Source: an uncultured Actinomycetes bacterium
Lineage (GTDB): Bacteria; Actinomycetota; Actinomycetes; S36-B12; CAIYMF01
NCBI GenBank assembly: GCA_963843975.1
Contig: CAWJMG010000003.1
Coordinates: 900,001-932,000, forward strand
DNA: 32,000 nucleotides
Direction: 5' to 3'
A model generated the notes under the pieces. That model made no database searches and had not been told where the DNA came from. It saw only the letters and a list, made by a program, of their open reading frames with translations. Both the position numbers and the translations under genes were made by a program. This document shows, one piece after another, positions 1 to 7,945 of the stretch; the stretch's first letter is position 1; the number at the start of each line of letters is the position of its first letter.

Positions 1-293
1 ACGACCTTGGCGATGCGCTCGATGCGGCCGGTGTGCTCGCTCTCGGCCGCGCGCTCGAGCACCCATCCGTCCACGAGCTTGCCGGAGAAGCGCACGCGCA
101 CCCGCGCGCCGGGCACGGCCTCGGCCGAGAGCGGCTCGGGCACGAGGTAGTCGAATGCGCGGTCGAGGTGAGGCAGGGCGACGTCGACGCAGACCCGGGC
201 CACGGGGTCGACCTCGGCCGGGCCCGGCGCCGCGCGCACGCGAGCCTTGCGCACGGTGCTCGCCACGAGGGCGAGCTGCTCGGGCTCGGTCAC
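1..293 (-). CDS. priA: Primosomal protein N' (PriA), N-terminal ~97 codons; gene continues past window start
   Basis: Own minus-strand translation from GTG (293..291): VTEPEQLALVASTVRKARVRAAPGPAEVDPVARVCVDVALPHLDRAFDYLVPEPLSAEAVPGARVRVRFSGKLVDGWVLERAAESEHTGRIERIAKV. This is the conserved PriA N-terminal pattern (LPHLDR-FDYLVP ... VRVRF-G-LVDG-VLER). It sits in the expected position after metK. GTG overlaps the upstream GNAT stop (GTGA, 290-293). Absent from the ORF track because it runs off the edge. Confidence 0.8.
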   Translation of the reverse strand, partial: MTEPEQLALVASTVRKARVRAAPGPAEVDPVARVCVDVALPHLDRAFDYLVPEPLSAEAVPGARVRVRFSGKLVDGWVLERAAESEHTGRIERIAKV

Positions 294-886
294 GAGGACG
301 TTCTACCGGACCCCTCTGTCCGTGCGCGCCACTCCTCCACCGTCAGCCGGTAGACGACGTGCGGCGCCCACCAGTCGCCGGGCCCGGCGAGCGGGTGCGT
401 GAAGACGCCGTCGTACCTCATGCCGAGGCGCTGCATCACGGCCTGGGACGCGAGGTTCGGCGGCACCGTGAACGACACGATCTCGGTGAGACCGGCGTCG
501 TCGAAGCCGGCCCGCAACGAGGCCTCCGCCGCCTCGGAGGCGATGCCGAGGCCCCACCAGTCGCGCGCGAGGCGCCAGCCGATCTCGACGCAGGGATCGG
601 TGGCGGCGAACGGCGGATCGAACCGCGGGACGGCGAGGCCGACGAAGCCGACGAAGCCGGCCGCACCGCGCTCGGACTCCAGCACCTCCACGGCCCAGAG
701 CCCGAAGCCGCGCGCGTCGTGGTTGGACTCGATCCGCTCGACCATGGCATCGGACCCGGCGCGGTCGAGAGTCGAGGGGAACCAGCGCATCACCTCGGCG
801 TCGGCGTTCATCGCGGCGAACGGCTCGAGGTCGCTCTCGCGCCAGCGCCGCAACGACAACCGGGACGTCCGCAGACTCGTGGTCAT
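290..886 (-). CDS. GNAT-family N-acetyltransferase (RimJ/RimL-like)
   Basis: 198-aa ORF. The N-terminal 'TSRLSLRRWRESDLEPFAAMNADAEVMRWF' and 'VEIGWRLARDWWGLGIASEAA' are typical of the Acetyltransf_3/RimJ-like GNAT fold. ATG start, 28 nt after the metK stop. Confidence 0.8.
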   Translation of the reverse strand: MTTSLRTSRLSLRRWRESDLEPFAAMNADAEVMRWFPSTLDRAGSDAMVERIESNHDARGFGLWAVEVLESERGAAGFVGFVGLAVPRFDPPFAATDPCVEIGWRLARDWWGLGIASEAAEASLRAGFDDAGLTEIVSFTVPPNLASQAVMQRLGMRYDGVFTHPLAGPGDWWAPHVVYRLTVEEWRARTEGSGRTSS

Positions 887-914
887 GCGGACGCCCCGGT
901 GCTGTCGTCGACGG

Positions 915-2111
915 TCAGACGCCGGCCGCGGCCTTGAGCGCGTCGGCGCGGTCGGTGCGCTCCCACGAGAAGTCCGGCAGCTCGCGGCCGAAGTGGCCGT
1001 ACGCCGCGGTCTGCGCGTAGATCGGGCGCAGCAGGTCGAGGTCGCGGATGATCGCGGCCGGGCGGAGGTCGAACACCTGGAGCACGGCGGCCTGGATCTC
1101 GCTGTCGGCCTTCACGCCGGTGCCGAAGGTCTCGACGAACACGCCGACGGGGTGCGCCTTGCCGATCGCGTACGCGACCTGCACCTCGCAACGGCGGGCA
1201 AGACCGGCGGCCACGACGTTCTTGGCGACCCAGCGCATCGCGTACGCCGCGGAGCGGTCGACCTTGCTCGGGTCCTTGCCCGAGAACGCGCCGCCGCCGT
1301 GACGGGCCATGCCGCCGTAGGTGTCGACGATGATCTTGCGGCCGGTGAGGCCGGCGTCGCCCATCGGGCCGCCGATCTCGAAGCGGCCGGTCGGGTTGAC
1401 CAGGAGGCGGTAGCCCTCGGTGTCGATGCCGAGGCCCTCGAGCTCGGGCGCGACGACGAGCTCGGCGATGTCCGGCGTGAGCAGGGTCGCGAGGTCGATG
1501 TCGGCGGCGTGCTGCGAGGAGACGACGACGGTGTCGAGGCGGACGGCCTTGTCGTCCTCGTCGTACTCGATGGTGACCTGGGTCTTGCCGTCCGGGCGGA
1601 GGTACGGGATCGCGCCGTCCTTGCGGACCTGCGACAGGCGCTGCGCCAGGCGGTGCGCGAGGTGGATCGGCAGCGGCATGAGCTCGGGGGTGTCGTCGCA
1701 TGCGTAGCCGAACATCAGGCCCTGGTCACCGGCGCCCTGCTTGTCGAGGTCGTCGACGGCCTCGCCCTCGCGGTCCTCGATCGCGTCGTCGACGCCCTGG
1801 GCGATGTCGGGGCTCTGCGCCCCGATGGCGACGTTGACGCCGCACGAGGCGCCGTCGAAGCCCTTCTTGCTCGAGTCGTAGCCGATCTCGAGGATGCGCT
1901 CGCGCACGATCGTCGGGATGTCGACCCAGCCGGAGGTGGTGACCTCACCGGCCACGTGCACCTGGCCCGTGGTGATGAGGGTCTCCACGGCGACGCGGCT
2001 GCGCGGGTCTTCCTTCAGCATCGCGTCGAGGATGGAGTCGCTGATCTGGTCAGCGATCTTGTCCGGGTGTCCCTCGGTGACGGACTCGGACGTGAACAGG
2101 CGACGGGCCAC
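915..2111 (-). CDS. metK: S-adenosylmethionine synthetase
   Basis: 398-aa ORF with hallmark MetK motifs ([51 protein letters not shown]). GTG start with GGAG about 9 nt upstream. Confidence 0.98.
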   Translation of the reverse strand: MARRLFTSESVTEGHPDKIADQISDSILDAMLKEDPRSRVAVETLITTGQVHVAGEVTTSGWVDIPTIVRERILEIGYDSSKKGFDGASCGVNVAIGAQSPDIAQGVDDAIEDREGEAVDDLDKQGAGDQGLMFGYACDDTPELMPLPIHLAHRLAQRLSQVRKDGAIPYLRPDGKTQVTIEYDEDDKAVRLDTVVVSSQHAADIDLATLLTPDIAELVVAPELEGLGIDTEGYRLLVNPTGRFEIGGPMGDAGLTGRKIIVDTYGGMARHGGGAFSGKDPSKVDRSAAYAMRWVAKNVVAAGLARRCEVQVAYAIGKAHPVGVFVETFGTGVKADSEIQAAVLQVFDLRPAAIIRDLDLLRPIYAQTAAYGHFGRELPDFSWERTDRADALKAAAGV

Positions 2112-2237
2112 GGACGTGCTCCAGTGCAGTGCGGACGAACGGTCCCCGACACCCTACCCGGCGGGCCGACGACCCTGGGGATGCGCGACCGGCGGCAGCG
2201 TCCCGTGACGTCGAGGGATGAGTCGAGGGATGACAGG

Positions 2238-3488
2238 TCAGTGGTGCAGCAGGGGGACGACGGCGTCCCAGACGGCCTCGGCCACGGCCCGCTTGGAGCT
2301 CTCGGGCACCTCGGTGACCGACCCGTCGGCGCCGAGCACCACGACCTCGTTGTGGTCGACCTCGAACGCCTTGCCGTCGCCGACCTCGTTGACGACCAGG
2401 AGGTCGCAGCCCTTGCGGGCGAGCTTGGCGCGGGCGTGGTCAAGCACTGAGCCGGTGTCGTCGCCCGTCTCGGCGGCGAAGCCGACGACGACCTGGGCCC
2501 GGCCCTCAGCAGCCCTGGTGGTCACGAGCTCGGCGAGGACGTCGGCGGTGCGCTCGAGGGCGATCGGGGCGGGCACTCCCCCGACGTCGTCCTTCTTGAT
2601 CTTGTGCTCGGCGACCGCGGCCGGCCGGAAGTCCGCGACCGCGGCGGCCATGACGACGACGTCTGCGGCCGGGGCGTGCTGGTGGACGGCGCGACGCAGG
2701 TCCTCGGCGCTGGTGACCCGCACGACCGTGACACCGGCGGGTGCCGGAAGGTGCGCGTTGGCGCTCACGAGGACCACCTGCGCGCCGCGCGCGGCGGCGA
2801 CCTCGGCGAGGGCGTAGCCCTGCTTGCCGCTGCTGCGGTTGCCGAGGAACCGCACCGGATCGAGGTGCTCCCTGGTGCCGCCGGCAGAGATCAGGACGGT
2901 GCGGCCGAGGAGGTCGGGCTCGGCGCTGCGTCGGTGCAGGACGTCGAGGCAGGCCTCGAAGATCGCGGCGGGCTCGGGCAGACGGCCGGGGCCGGTGTCC
3001 TTGCCCGTCAGGCGGCCGACAACGGGGTCGAGCACGATCACGCCGCGGGCGCGCAGCGCCGCGACGTTGGCCTGCGTGGCGGCGTGCTCCCACATCTCGG
3101 TGTGCATGGCCGGAGCCATGACGACCGGGCAGTGGGCGGTGAGCAGGACGTTGGCGAGCAGGTCGTCGGCGAGGCCGGACGCCGCCCGCGCGAGGAGGTC
3201 GGCCGTCGCGGGTGCCACGACGACGAGGTCGGCCTGCTGGCCGAGGCGCACGTGCGGCACGTCGGCGACGTCGTCCCACACCTCGGCGGAGACGGGCTTG
3301 CCGGACAGCGCCTCCCACGTGGGGGCACCGACGAACTTCAGCGCGGCACGCGTGGGCACGACCGTGACGTCGTGGCCGCTCTCGGTGAAGGCGCGCAGCA
3401 GCTCGGCGGCCTTGTACGCAGCGATGCCGCCGCCCACGCCCAGGACCACGCGGGGTCGGGCAGGGGCAGCGGCATCGGGAGTCGTCAC
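2238..3488 (-). CDS. coaBC: Bifunctional phosphopantothenoylcysteine decarboxylase / phosphopantothenate-cysteine ligase
   Basis: 416-aa ORF. N-terminal flavoprotein domain (VVLGVGGGIAAYKAAELLR, APAMHTEMW) plus C-terminal CoaB ligase domain (ISAGGTREHLDPVRFLGNRSSGKQG, AAAVADFRP). GTG start. Confidence 0.97.
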   Translation of the reverse strand: MTTPDAAAPARPRVVLGVGGGIAAYKAAELLRAFTESGHDVTVVPTRAALKFVGAPTWEALSGKPVSAEVWDDVADVPHVRLGQQADLVVVAPATADLLARAASGLADDLLANVLLTAHCPVVMAPAMHTEMWEHAATQANVAALRARGVIVLDPVVGRLTGKDTGPGRLPEPAAIFEACLDVLHRRSAEPDLLGRTVLISAGGTREHLDPVRFLGNRSSGKQGYALAEVAAARGAQVVLVSANAHLPAPAGVTVVRVTSAEDLRRAVHQHAPAADVVVMAAAVADFRPAAVAEHKIKKDDVGGVPAPIALERTADVLAELVTTRAAEGRAQVVVGFAAETGDDTGSVLDHARAKLARKGCDLLVVNEVGDGKAFEVDHNEVVVLGADGSVTEVPESSKRAVAEAVWDAVVPLLHH

Positions 3489-3567
3489 GGGGTCAGCCTG
3501 CCAGGAGGCGGTACCGCGGCGCGTGCGGCCGTGCGGGTCGAGCGGTCGAGCCGGGCGTGGGCCGCGA

Positions 3568-3867
3568 CTAGAACGTCTCGGCCGGGGCCGGGGCCGGCTC
3601 GGCCTCGGGGTCGTACGGCTCGGAGGTGAGCAGACCGGCGTTGATCTCGCGCAGCGCGATCGACAGCGGCTTCTCCTGCACGTGGGTCTCCACGAGCGGG
3701 CCGACGTACTCGAGCAGGCCCTCGCCCAGCTGGGAGTAGTAGGCGTTGATCTGGCGGGCGCGCTTGGACGCGTAGAGCACCAGCGAGTACTTCGAGTCGG
3801 TGGCCTCGAGCAGCTCGTCGATCGGGGGGTTGGTGATGCCCTCGGGGGCAGAGGCGGTGCCGGACAC
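3568..3867 (-). CDS. rpoZ: DNA-directed RNA polymerase subunit omega
   Basis: 99-aa ORF. '[35 protein letters not shown]' is the conserved actinobacterial RpoZ core. AAGGAAAGG SD upstream of the GTG. Confidence 0.95.
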   Translation of the reverse strand: MSGTASAPEGITNPPIDELLEATDSKYSLVLYASKRARQINAYYSQLGEGLLEYVGPLVETHVQEKPLSIALREINAGLLTSEPYDPEAEPAPAPAETF

Positions 3868-3959
3868 GCGGGCGCCTTTCCTTGGGTGCTGCGGGACGGA
3901 ACGCGCGGCGGGGTGCCGACGCGCGCGTGAGCGGGCCTTCGAGAAGGCGTTCGCCCTGG

Positions 3960-4538
3960 TCAGGAGCCTGCGGGGGGCTCAGCAGAGCCGTGCAGACCCA
4001 TCAAGTCTAGCAAGGCCTCGACCGCACCCTCGACCGACGCGTTCACGACGGTCGCGTCGAACTCCGACTCGGCCGCCAGCTCGACCCTCGCGGTCTCCAG
4101 ACGGCGGGCGATCACCTCGGCCGCCTCGGTGCCCCGGCCGACCAGCCGGCGGACCAGCTCGTCCCAGGACGGGGGCGCCAGGAACACCAGGAGGGCCTCC
4201 GGCATGCTCGCCCGGACCTGCCGCGCGCCCTGCAGCTCGATCTCCAGCAGCACGGGCACGCCGGCGTCGAGCCGCTCGAGCACCGGGGTGCGGGGGGTGC
4301 CGTAGAAGTTGCCGGCGAACTCGGCGTACTCGAGGAGCTCGCCGCCCGCGACCATGCCCGCGAACTCGGCGTGGTCGACGAAGAAGTAGTTGACGCCGTG
4401 GGTCTCCCCCGGGCGCGGGCGACGCGTGGTCGCGGACACCGACAGCCAGACATCCGGGCGCGTCGTACGCACCCCCTGGACGACCGTGCTCTTGCCGACC
4501 CCCGACGGGCCGGACAGGACGGTGAGCCGTGCGGTCAG
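3960..4538 (-). CDS. gmk: Guanylate kinase (5' end placed at a non-canonical CTG; the track ORF from GTG 4472 lacks the P-loop)
   Basis: The track ORF (3960..4472) carries the GMP-binding and lid regions ([28 protein letters not shown]). In the same frame upstream, with no stop, I read [22 protein letters not shown]. The Walker-A/P-loop GPSGVGKST is encoded at 4511..4485. There is no ATG/GTG/TTG in frame between the P-loop and at least position 4699, as far upstream as I read. CTG 4538..4536 overlaps the mihF TGA (CTGA). Confidence 0.88.
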   Translation of the reverse strand: MTARLTVLSGPSGVGKSTVVQGVRTTRPDVWLSVSATTRRPRPGETHGVNYFFVDHAEFAGMVAGGELLEYAEFAGNFYGTPRTPVLERLDAGVPVLLEIELQGARQVRASMPEALLVFLAPPSWDELVRRLVGRGTEAAEVIARRLETARVELAAESEFDATVVNASVEGAVEALLDLMGLHGSAEPPAGS

Positions 4539-4849
4539 GAGGAGAACTCCTTCTCCAGCGCGGCGATCTGGTGCGTGCCAAGACCGCGGACGCGGCGGTT
4601 CTCGGCGATCTGCAGTCGCTCCATGATCTCGGCGGCGCGGACCTTGCCGACACCGGGCATGGACTCCAGCAGTGCCGAGACCTTCATCTTGCCGATGATG
4701 TCGTCGGTCTGGCCGACGGCGATCACCTCGCCGATCGAGGCGCCCGAGCGCTTGAGGCGGTTCTTCACCTCGGCACGCACGCGGCGCGCCTCGGCCGCCT
4801 TCTCCAGCGCGGCGGCGCGCTGCTCAGGGGTCAGGGGCGGAAGGGCCAC
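4535..4849 (-). CDS. mihF: Integration host factor MihF (actinobacterial IHF)
   Basis: 104 aa from GTG 4849: [36 protein letters not shown]...[34 protein letters not shown]. This matches the conserved mIHF sequence and sits in the conserved position upstream of gmk. GAGAGGA SD about 7 nt upstream. The long 448-aa track ORF is an upstream read-through. Confidence 0.85.
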   Translation of the reverse strand: MALPPLTPEQRAAALEKAAEARRVRAEVKNRLKRSGASIGEVIAVGQTDDIIGKMKVSALLESMPGVGKVRAAEIMERLQIAENRRVRGLGTHQIAALEKEFSS

Positions 4850-4959
4850 AGCCGGTCCTCTCGTCGGGAACGAAGGCGACCCTAGCGATCTTCGTGCCCT
4901 GTGGTGAAGCGAACCGGCGCGGGGGTCCTCGAAGGTGCGTGGGACGGCGTCCCCGCAGG

Positions 4960-5604
4960 TCAGGACTCCGTGGCCTGGGGAGACCCAGCCTCGGCAGAGT
5001 TGAGGTCGACCTGCGGGCCCAGGTGCTGGCGACCTGCCCGGAGGCCGTCTCGGTAGGTCACGACATAGCCGTGCACGGTCAGCGGCTGGTCGTCGCGCGG
5101 GGACAGGACCGCGAGCACCTGCCAGGTGGGCACCTCGACGCTTGAGCCGGCCGTGAACGGACGGACCTCGGCGCACCACTGCTGCAGGTCCGAGGGCCCG
5201 GCGGTCATGATCCTGTTGCTGTCCCGCGTGGGGCGGCAGAGTACGAACGTCACGTCGACCCGAGCACGGTCCTCCGGTGCGAGCACCGGGGACACGCTCT
5301 CGATGCTCACCACCACGGGCACGTACCTCGTGCCGTCGTTCGTGTCGGGCAGGTCGCCGATATCGGTGGCAAGGGGCCCGAAGCCGACCGGAGTGAGCGT
5401 GCTGTACGAGCCGCCGTCGAACGTGGCCGGGTTCGTGAGCCACCAGCTGACGCCGCAGATCGCCAGGAACGCCAGGGTGATTCCCGCGAGCGCGAGGGGC
5501 CGCGGCCAGCGGAAGGCGCGCGGGTCGGGAGCGGCCTCGGGCGGCGGCTCGGCCGTCGTGGTGGTGGCGTCGTCGTACCAGTCGATGCTGCCCGTGCCAC
5601 CCAT
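4960..5604 (-). CDS. Hypothetical membrane-anchored protein (short N-terminal cytoplasmic segment, one TM helix, ~150-aa extracytoplasmic domain)
   Basis: 214-aa ORF with a GGGGGA SD-like run upstream. Single hydrophobic helix LALAGITLAFLAICGVSWWL. No family recognised by eye. Confidence 0.55.
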   Translation of the reverse strand: MGGTGSIDWYDDATTTTAEPPPEAAPDPRAFRWPRPLALAGITLAFLAICGVSWWLTNPATFDGGSYSTLTPVGFGPLATDIGDLPDTNDGTRYVPVVVSIESVSPVLAPEDRARVDVTFVLCRPTRDSNRIMTAGPSDLQQWCAEVRPFTAGSSVEVPTWQVLAVLSPRDDQPLTVHGYVVTYRDGLRAGRQHLGPQVDLNSAEAGSPQATES

Positions 5605-5622
5605 GCCATCCCCCGGGATGCC

Positions 5623-5656
5623 GGCTGCGGGGCCTCGAGGTCGAGGCCCCGCAGCC
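5623..5656 (-). terminator. GC-rich hairpin (16-bp perfect arms, 2-nt centre) immediately downstream of the secreted-protein ORF
   Basis: ggctgcggggcctcga (5623-5638) / tcgaggccccgcagcc (5641-5656) are exact reverse complements. It starts 8 nt after the TAG at 5665-5667. No U-tract, as is common for actinobacterial terminators. Confidence 0.45.
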
Positions 5657-5664
5657 AGGATGCC

Positions 5665-6225
5665 CTACGCGGGCAGCGGGATGCGGCTGATCGTGAAGGT
5701 GGCGGCGGCCGGGTGGCTGTCGGCCTCGCCGAGGTGGATCTTCTGCGGGTCGATCGCCTTGCCGTTCACCGTGAGGGTGAAGGTGACGTTCGCCGAGCAG
5801 CGCGGCGTGAAGTCCAGGCCGTCGACTCCCCCGTGGTTGACGAGCTTGAACGCCGTGGTCCTGTGGTCGTGGCTGCGCCACACGCGGTCGCGGACCTCGT
5901 TGCGCACGGCGATCACAGCCGTCTCGTTGGTGGTGCGGATCGTGCCGGCGTACACCGCGCGCGTGCCCGGCTTGTGGGTGACGCGCAGGTGCCAGCCCTT
6001 GGTGTCCTTCCAGATCCAGTAGCCGCTGGCGAGGCCCGCCGTGAAGTCGGCCGGGCGACCGGTGATCTCGTCCGGCAGGGTGCCGGTCGAGCAGCCGGTC
6101 GTGGTCGTCGTGGTGGTGGTGCTGTCGGCGGCGTACGCGGTCGGCGTCGCGACGACGGCGAGCGTCGTGCCCAGGGCGAGCGCCCCGAGTGCCGCGGTGG
6201 CGCGGCGGGCGGTGCTGGTGGTCAT
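5665..6225 (-). CDS. Hypothetical secreted protein (signal peptide with RR, AYA-A cleavage-like site, poly-Thr linker)
   Basis: 186-aa ORF with a GGAGGGGG SD 5 nt upstream of the ATG. N-terminus is MTTSTARRATAALGALALGTTLAVVATPTAYA|ADS, followed by T8 then GCSTG. Mature part looks beta-rich (GYWIWKDTKGWHLRVTH...). No family recognised. Confidence 0.6.
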   Translation of the reverse strand: MTTSTARRATAALGALALGTTLAVVATPTAYAADSTTTTTTTTGCSTGTLPDEITGRPADFTAGLASGYWIWKDTKGWHLRVTHKPGTRAVYAGTIRTTNETAVIAVRNEVRDRVWRSHDHRTTAFKLVNHGGVDGLDFTPRCSANVTFTLTVNGKAIDPQKIHLGEADSHPAAATFTISRIPLPA

Positions 6226-6341
6226 CGTGCCCCCTCCATCGTGGCCCCGGGTCCCTCCCGGGGCTTACGGGAAGGACTGTGGCGGCCGGAGGTTGTGACG
6301 GCGTCGGCGTCGTGTCAGGGACGTGTAAGGACGCGGGCGCC

Positions 6342-6533
6342 TCAGAAAACGACGGACCCCGGGGTCATGTCCAGGCTGACCGCACCCACGAGCAGCCAGG
6401 TGATGCCCCCGGAGAGCGCCGCCCCGAGGAGCGCGGCGAGGCCAGGAGCGACCAGATGCCGGCGGCTCCGCCGTACGACGGTGGTACCGGTGCTGGCAGT
6501 CGGCGTCATCGTGTCGAGCGTAGGTGTGGTCAT
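6342..6533 (-). CDS. Hypothetical small membrane protein (63 aa, one TM helix)
   Basis: ORF MTTPTLDTMTPTASTGTTVVRRSRRHLVAPGLAALLGAALSGGITWLLVGAVSL... has a positively charged patch followed by a hydrophobic helix. Codon third positions are GC-rich like neighbouring genes. Coding status is unproven. Confidence 0.35.
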   Translation of the reverse strand: MTTPTLDTMTPTASTGTTVVRRSRRHLVAPGLAALLGAALSGGITWLLVGAVSLDMTPGSVVF

Positions 6534-6682
6534 CGCGGGTCTCCCCTGTTGTGGCCGCGCCGCCTCGGCACGGCGTCCTGATCGACCGTGACCTAGCCAT
6601 GTTGCGCGGACATGGTGAGCAGGTTCGGGGGTGGTAAACCCCGCGTGTCGGGTGCGTGATGAGGGCCACTAGCGTCCGGAGC

Positions 6683-7183
6683 ATGAGCCACGACGTGCGA
6701 CGCGCGACGCATGGGGACGTGCCTGCCCTCTGCGGTGTGCTGCTCGGCGTCGTGCGGGGCGGGGCCAGCGTCGGCTTCATGGCCGACGTGACTCCGGCCG
6801 ACGCCGAGCAGTTCTGGTCGGCGCACCTGTCGAATGCGTCGAACGTCGTCCTCGTCGCGACCGACGGACGAGCCGTCATCGGCACCGGAACCTTGGTGCT
6901 GGCGGGGCTGCCGAACGGCCGGCACCGGGCGGAGGTCGCCAAGCTGCTGGTGCGTCCGGATGCCCAGGGGCACGGCGTCGGCCGCGAGCTGCTCGCAGCG
7001 CTCGAGGCCGAGGCGCGCAGCCACGGCCGTCGCACGCTGGTGCTCGACACGGTGACCGGGTCTCCGGCGCAGCGGCTGTACGAGAGCGCGGGCTGGACCG
7101 TGGTGGGCGTGATCGACGACTACGCCGACCTGCCCGACGGCACACCGTCGCCGACGACGTACCTCACCAAGCGCCTGACCTGA
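6683..7183 (+). CDS. GNAT-family acetyltransferase
   Basis: ORF on + strand. 'AEVAKLLVRPDAQGHGVGRELLAALEAEARSHGRRTLVLDTVTGSPAQRLYESAGW' is a textbook GNAT motif A/B (Q/RxxGxG/A). Start is ambiguous: ATG 6683 (MSHDVRRATHGD) is preferred; the track start ATG 6656 is possible. Confidence 0.8.
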   Translation: MSHDVRRATHGDVPALCGVLLGVVRGGASVGFMADVTPADAEQFWSAHLSNASNVVLVATDGRAVIGTGTLVLAGLPNGRHRAEVAKLLVRPDAQGHGVGRELLAALEAEARSHGRRTLVLDTVTGSPAQRLYESAGWTVVGVIDDYADLPDGTPSPTTYLTKRLT

Positions 7184-7191
7184 CCCCACCC

Positions 7192-7243
7192 CGATGTGGT
7201 AGTGCTAGGGCGTCACGGGTGACGCCCTAGCACTACCACATCG
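7192..7243. terminator. Perfect 25-bp-arm inverted repeat filling the whole gap between convergent GNAT (+) and pyrF (-); putative bidirectional terminator or repeat element
   Basis: cgatgtggtagtgctagggcgtcac (7192-7216) gg gtgacgccctagcactaccacatcg (7219-7243), with no mismatch. Flanked by TGA 7181-7183 (+) and the stop at 7244-7246 (-). Noticeably less GC-rich than its surroundings. Confidence 0.6.
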
Positions 7244-7945
7244 TCAGGTGAGAGATGCGGCGATGGCTGCTGCTGCGGTGGCTACGTCGGTCGCGCCGGT
7301 GATGGGGCGGCCGATGACGAGGAGGTCGGCGCCGTCGGCGAGGGCCTGCTCGGGGGTGGCGACGCGCTGCTGGTCGCCGAGCGCGGCACCGGCCGGGCGT
7401 ACGCCGGGCGTGATGAGCACGATGTCGTCGGGCACCTCGGCGCGGATAGCAGCGACCTCCTGCGGCGAGCAGACGATCGCGCGGGCGCCGGCGCCGACGG
7501 CCAGCACCGCGAGGCGGCGGGCGGCATCGATCGCCGGGCCGAGCAGGCCGACGGCGGCAAGGTCGTCCTCGGACATCGAGGTGAGCACGGTGACGGCGGT
7601 GACGCGGGTGCCGGGCAGGGCGTCGGCGGCCGCGCGGACCATCGCCGCTCCCCCGGATGCGTGCACGGTGAGGTACGCAGGCGCGAGGTGAGAAACCGAG
7701 CGCGCGGCACCGGCCACGGTGTTGGGGATGTCGTGCAGCTTGAGGTCGAGGAAGACGTCGCGCCCGCCCGAGGCCTCGCGCGCGGCGTGCACCGCTGCGT
7801 CGCCGTCGCGCAGGTAGGTCTCGAGGCCGACCTTCATCGTCGAGACGTACGGGCCGGCGGCGCCAGCCCAGCCGGTGATCGTGGCGAGGTCGGGGCCGTC
7901 GAGCGCGACGGCCACGGGTGCGAGCGACACGGGCGCGATGGTCAC
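7244..7945 (-). CDS. pyrF: Orotidine-5'-phosphate decarboxylase
   Basis: 233 aa from GTG 7945: VTIAPVSLAPVAVALDGPDL...MKVGLETY...FLDLKLHDIPNTV...LITPGVRP...QQRVATPEQA..GADLLVIGRPI. These are the short-type PyrF motifs. GTG overlaps the pyrD stop (GTGA 7942-7945). The 483-aa track ORF is an upstream read-through. Confidence 0.93.
   Translation of the reverse strand: MTIAPVSLAPVAVALDGPDLATITGWAGAAGPYVSTMKVGLETYLRDGDAAVHAAREASGGRDVFLDLKLHDIPNTVAGAARSVSHLAPAYLTVHASGGAAMVRAAADALPGTRVTAVTVLTSMSEDDLAAVGLLGPAIDAARRLAVLAVGAGARAIVCSPQEVAAIRAEVPDDIVLITPGVRPAGAALGDQQRVATPEQALADGADLLVIGRPITGATDVATAAAAIAASLT

Noticed and set aside
2112-2237. SAM riboswitch upstream of metK
   Set aside because: I could not find the conserved SAM-I/SAM-IV core elements or a convincing multi-stem fold in the 126-nt spacer. 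Only a 12-nt tandem repeat is present. It needs a covariance-model scan to exclude formally.
399-2450. Long plus-strand ORFs antisense to real genes (399..2450; also 9878..13372 at 1164 aa, 21874..25512 at 1212 aa, 18178..19824, 19649..21253, 7918..9285 and others)
   Set aside because: They are shadow ORFs, as expected in stop-poor very high-GC DNA. Their translations are low-complexity R/G/A/D/V/H strings with no recognisable domains. Each lies exactly opposite a strongly conserved minus-strand gene whose codon third positions carry the GC bias.
3979-4653. 224-aa alternative-frame ORF spanning gmk and the mihF 3' end
   Set aside because: Its frame differs from both conserved proteins, and its translation is Arg/Pro/Gly-rich nonsense. 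It does not supply gmk with a start because it is not in the P-loop frame.
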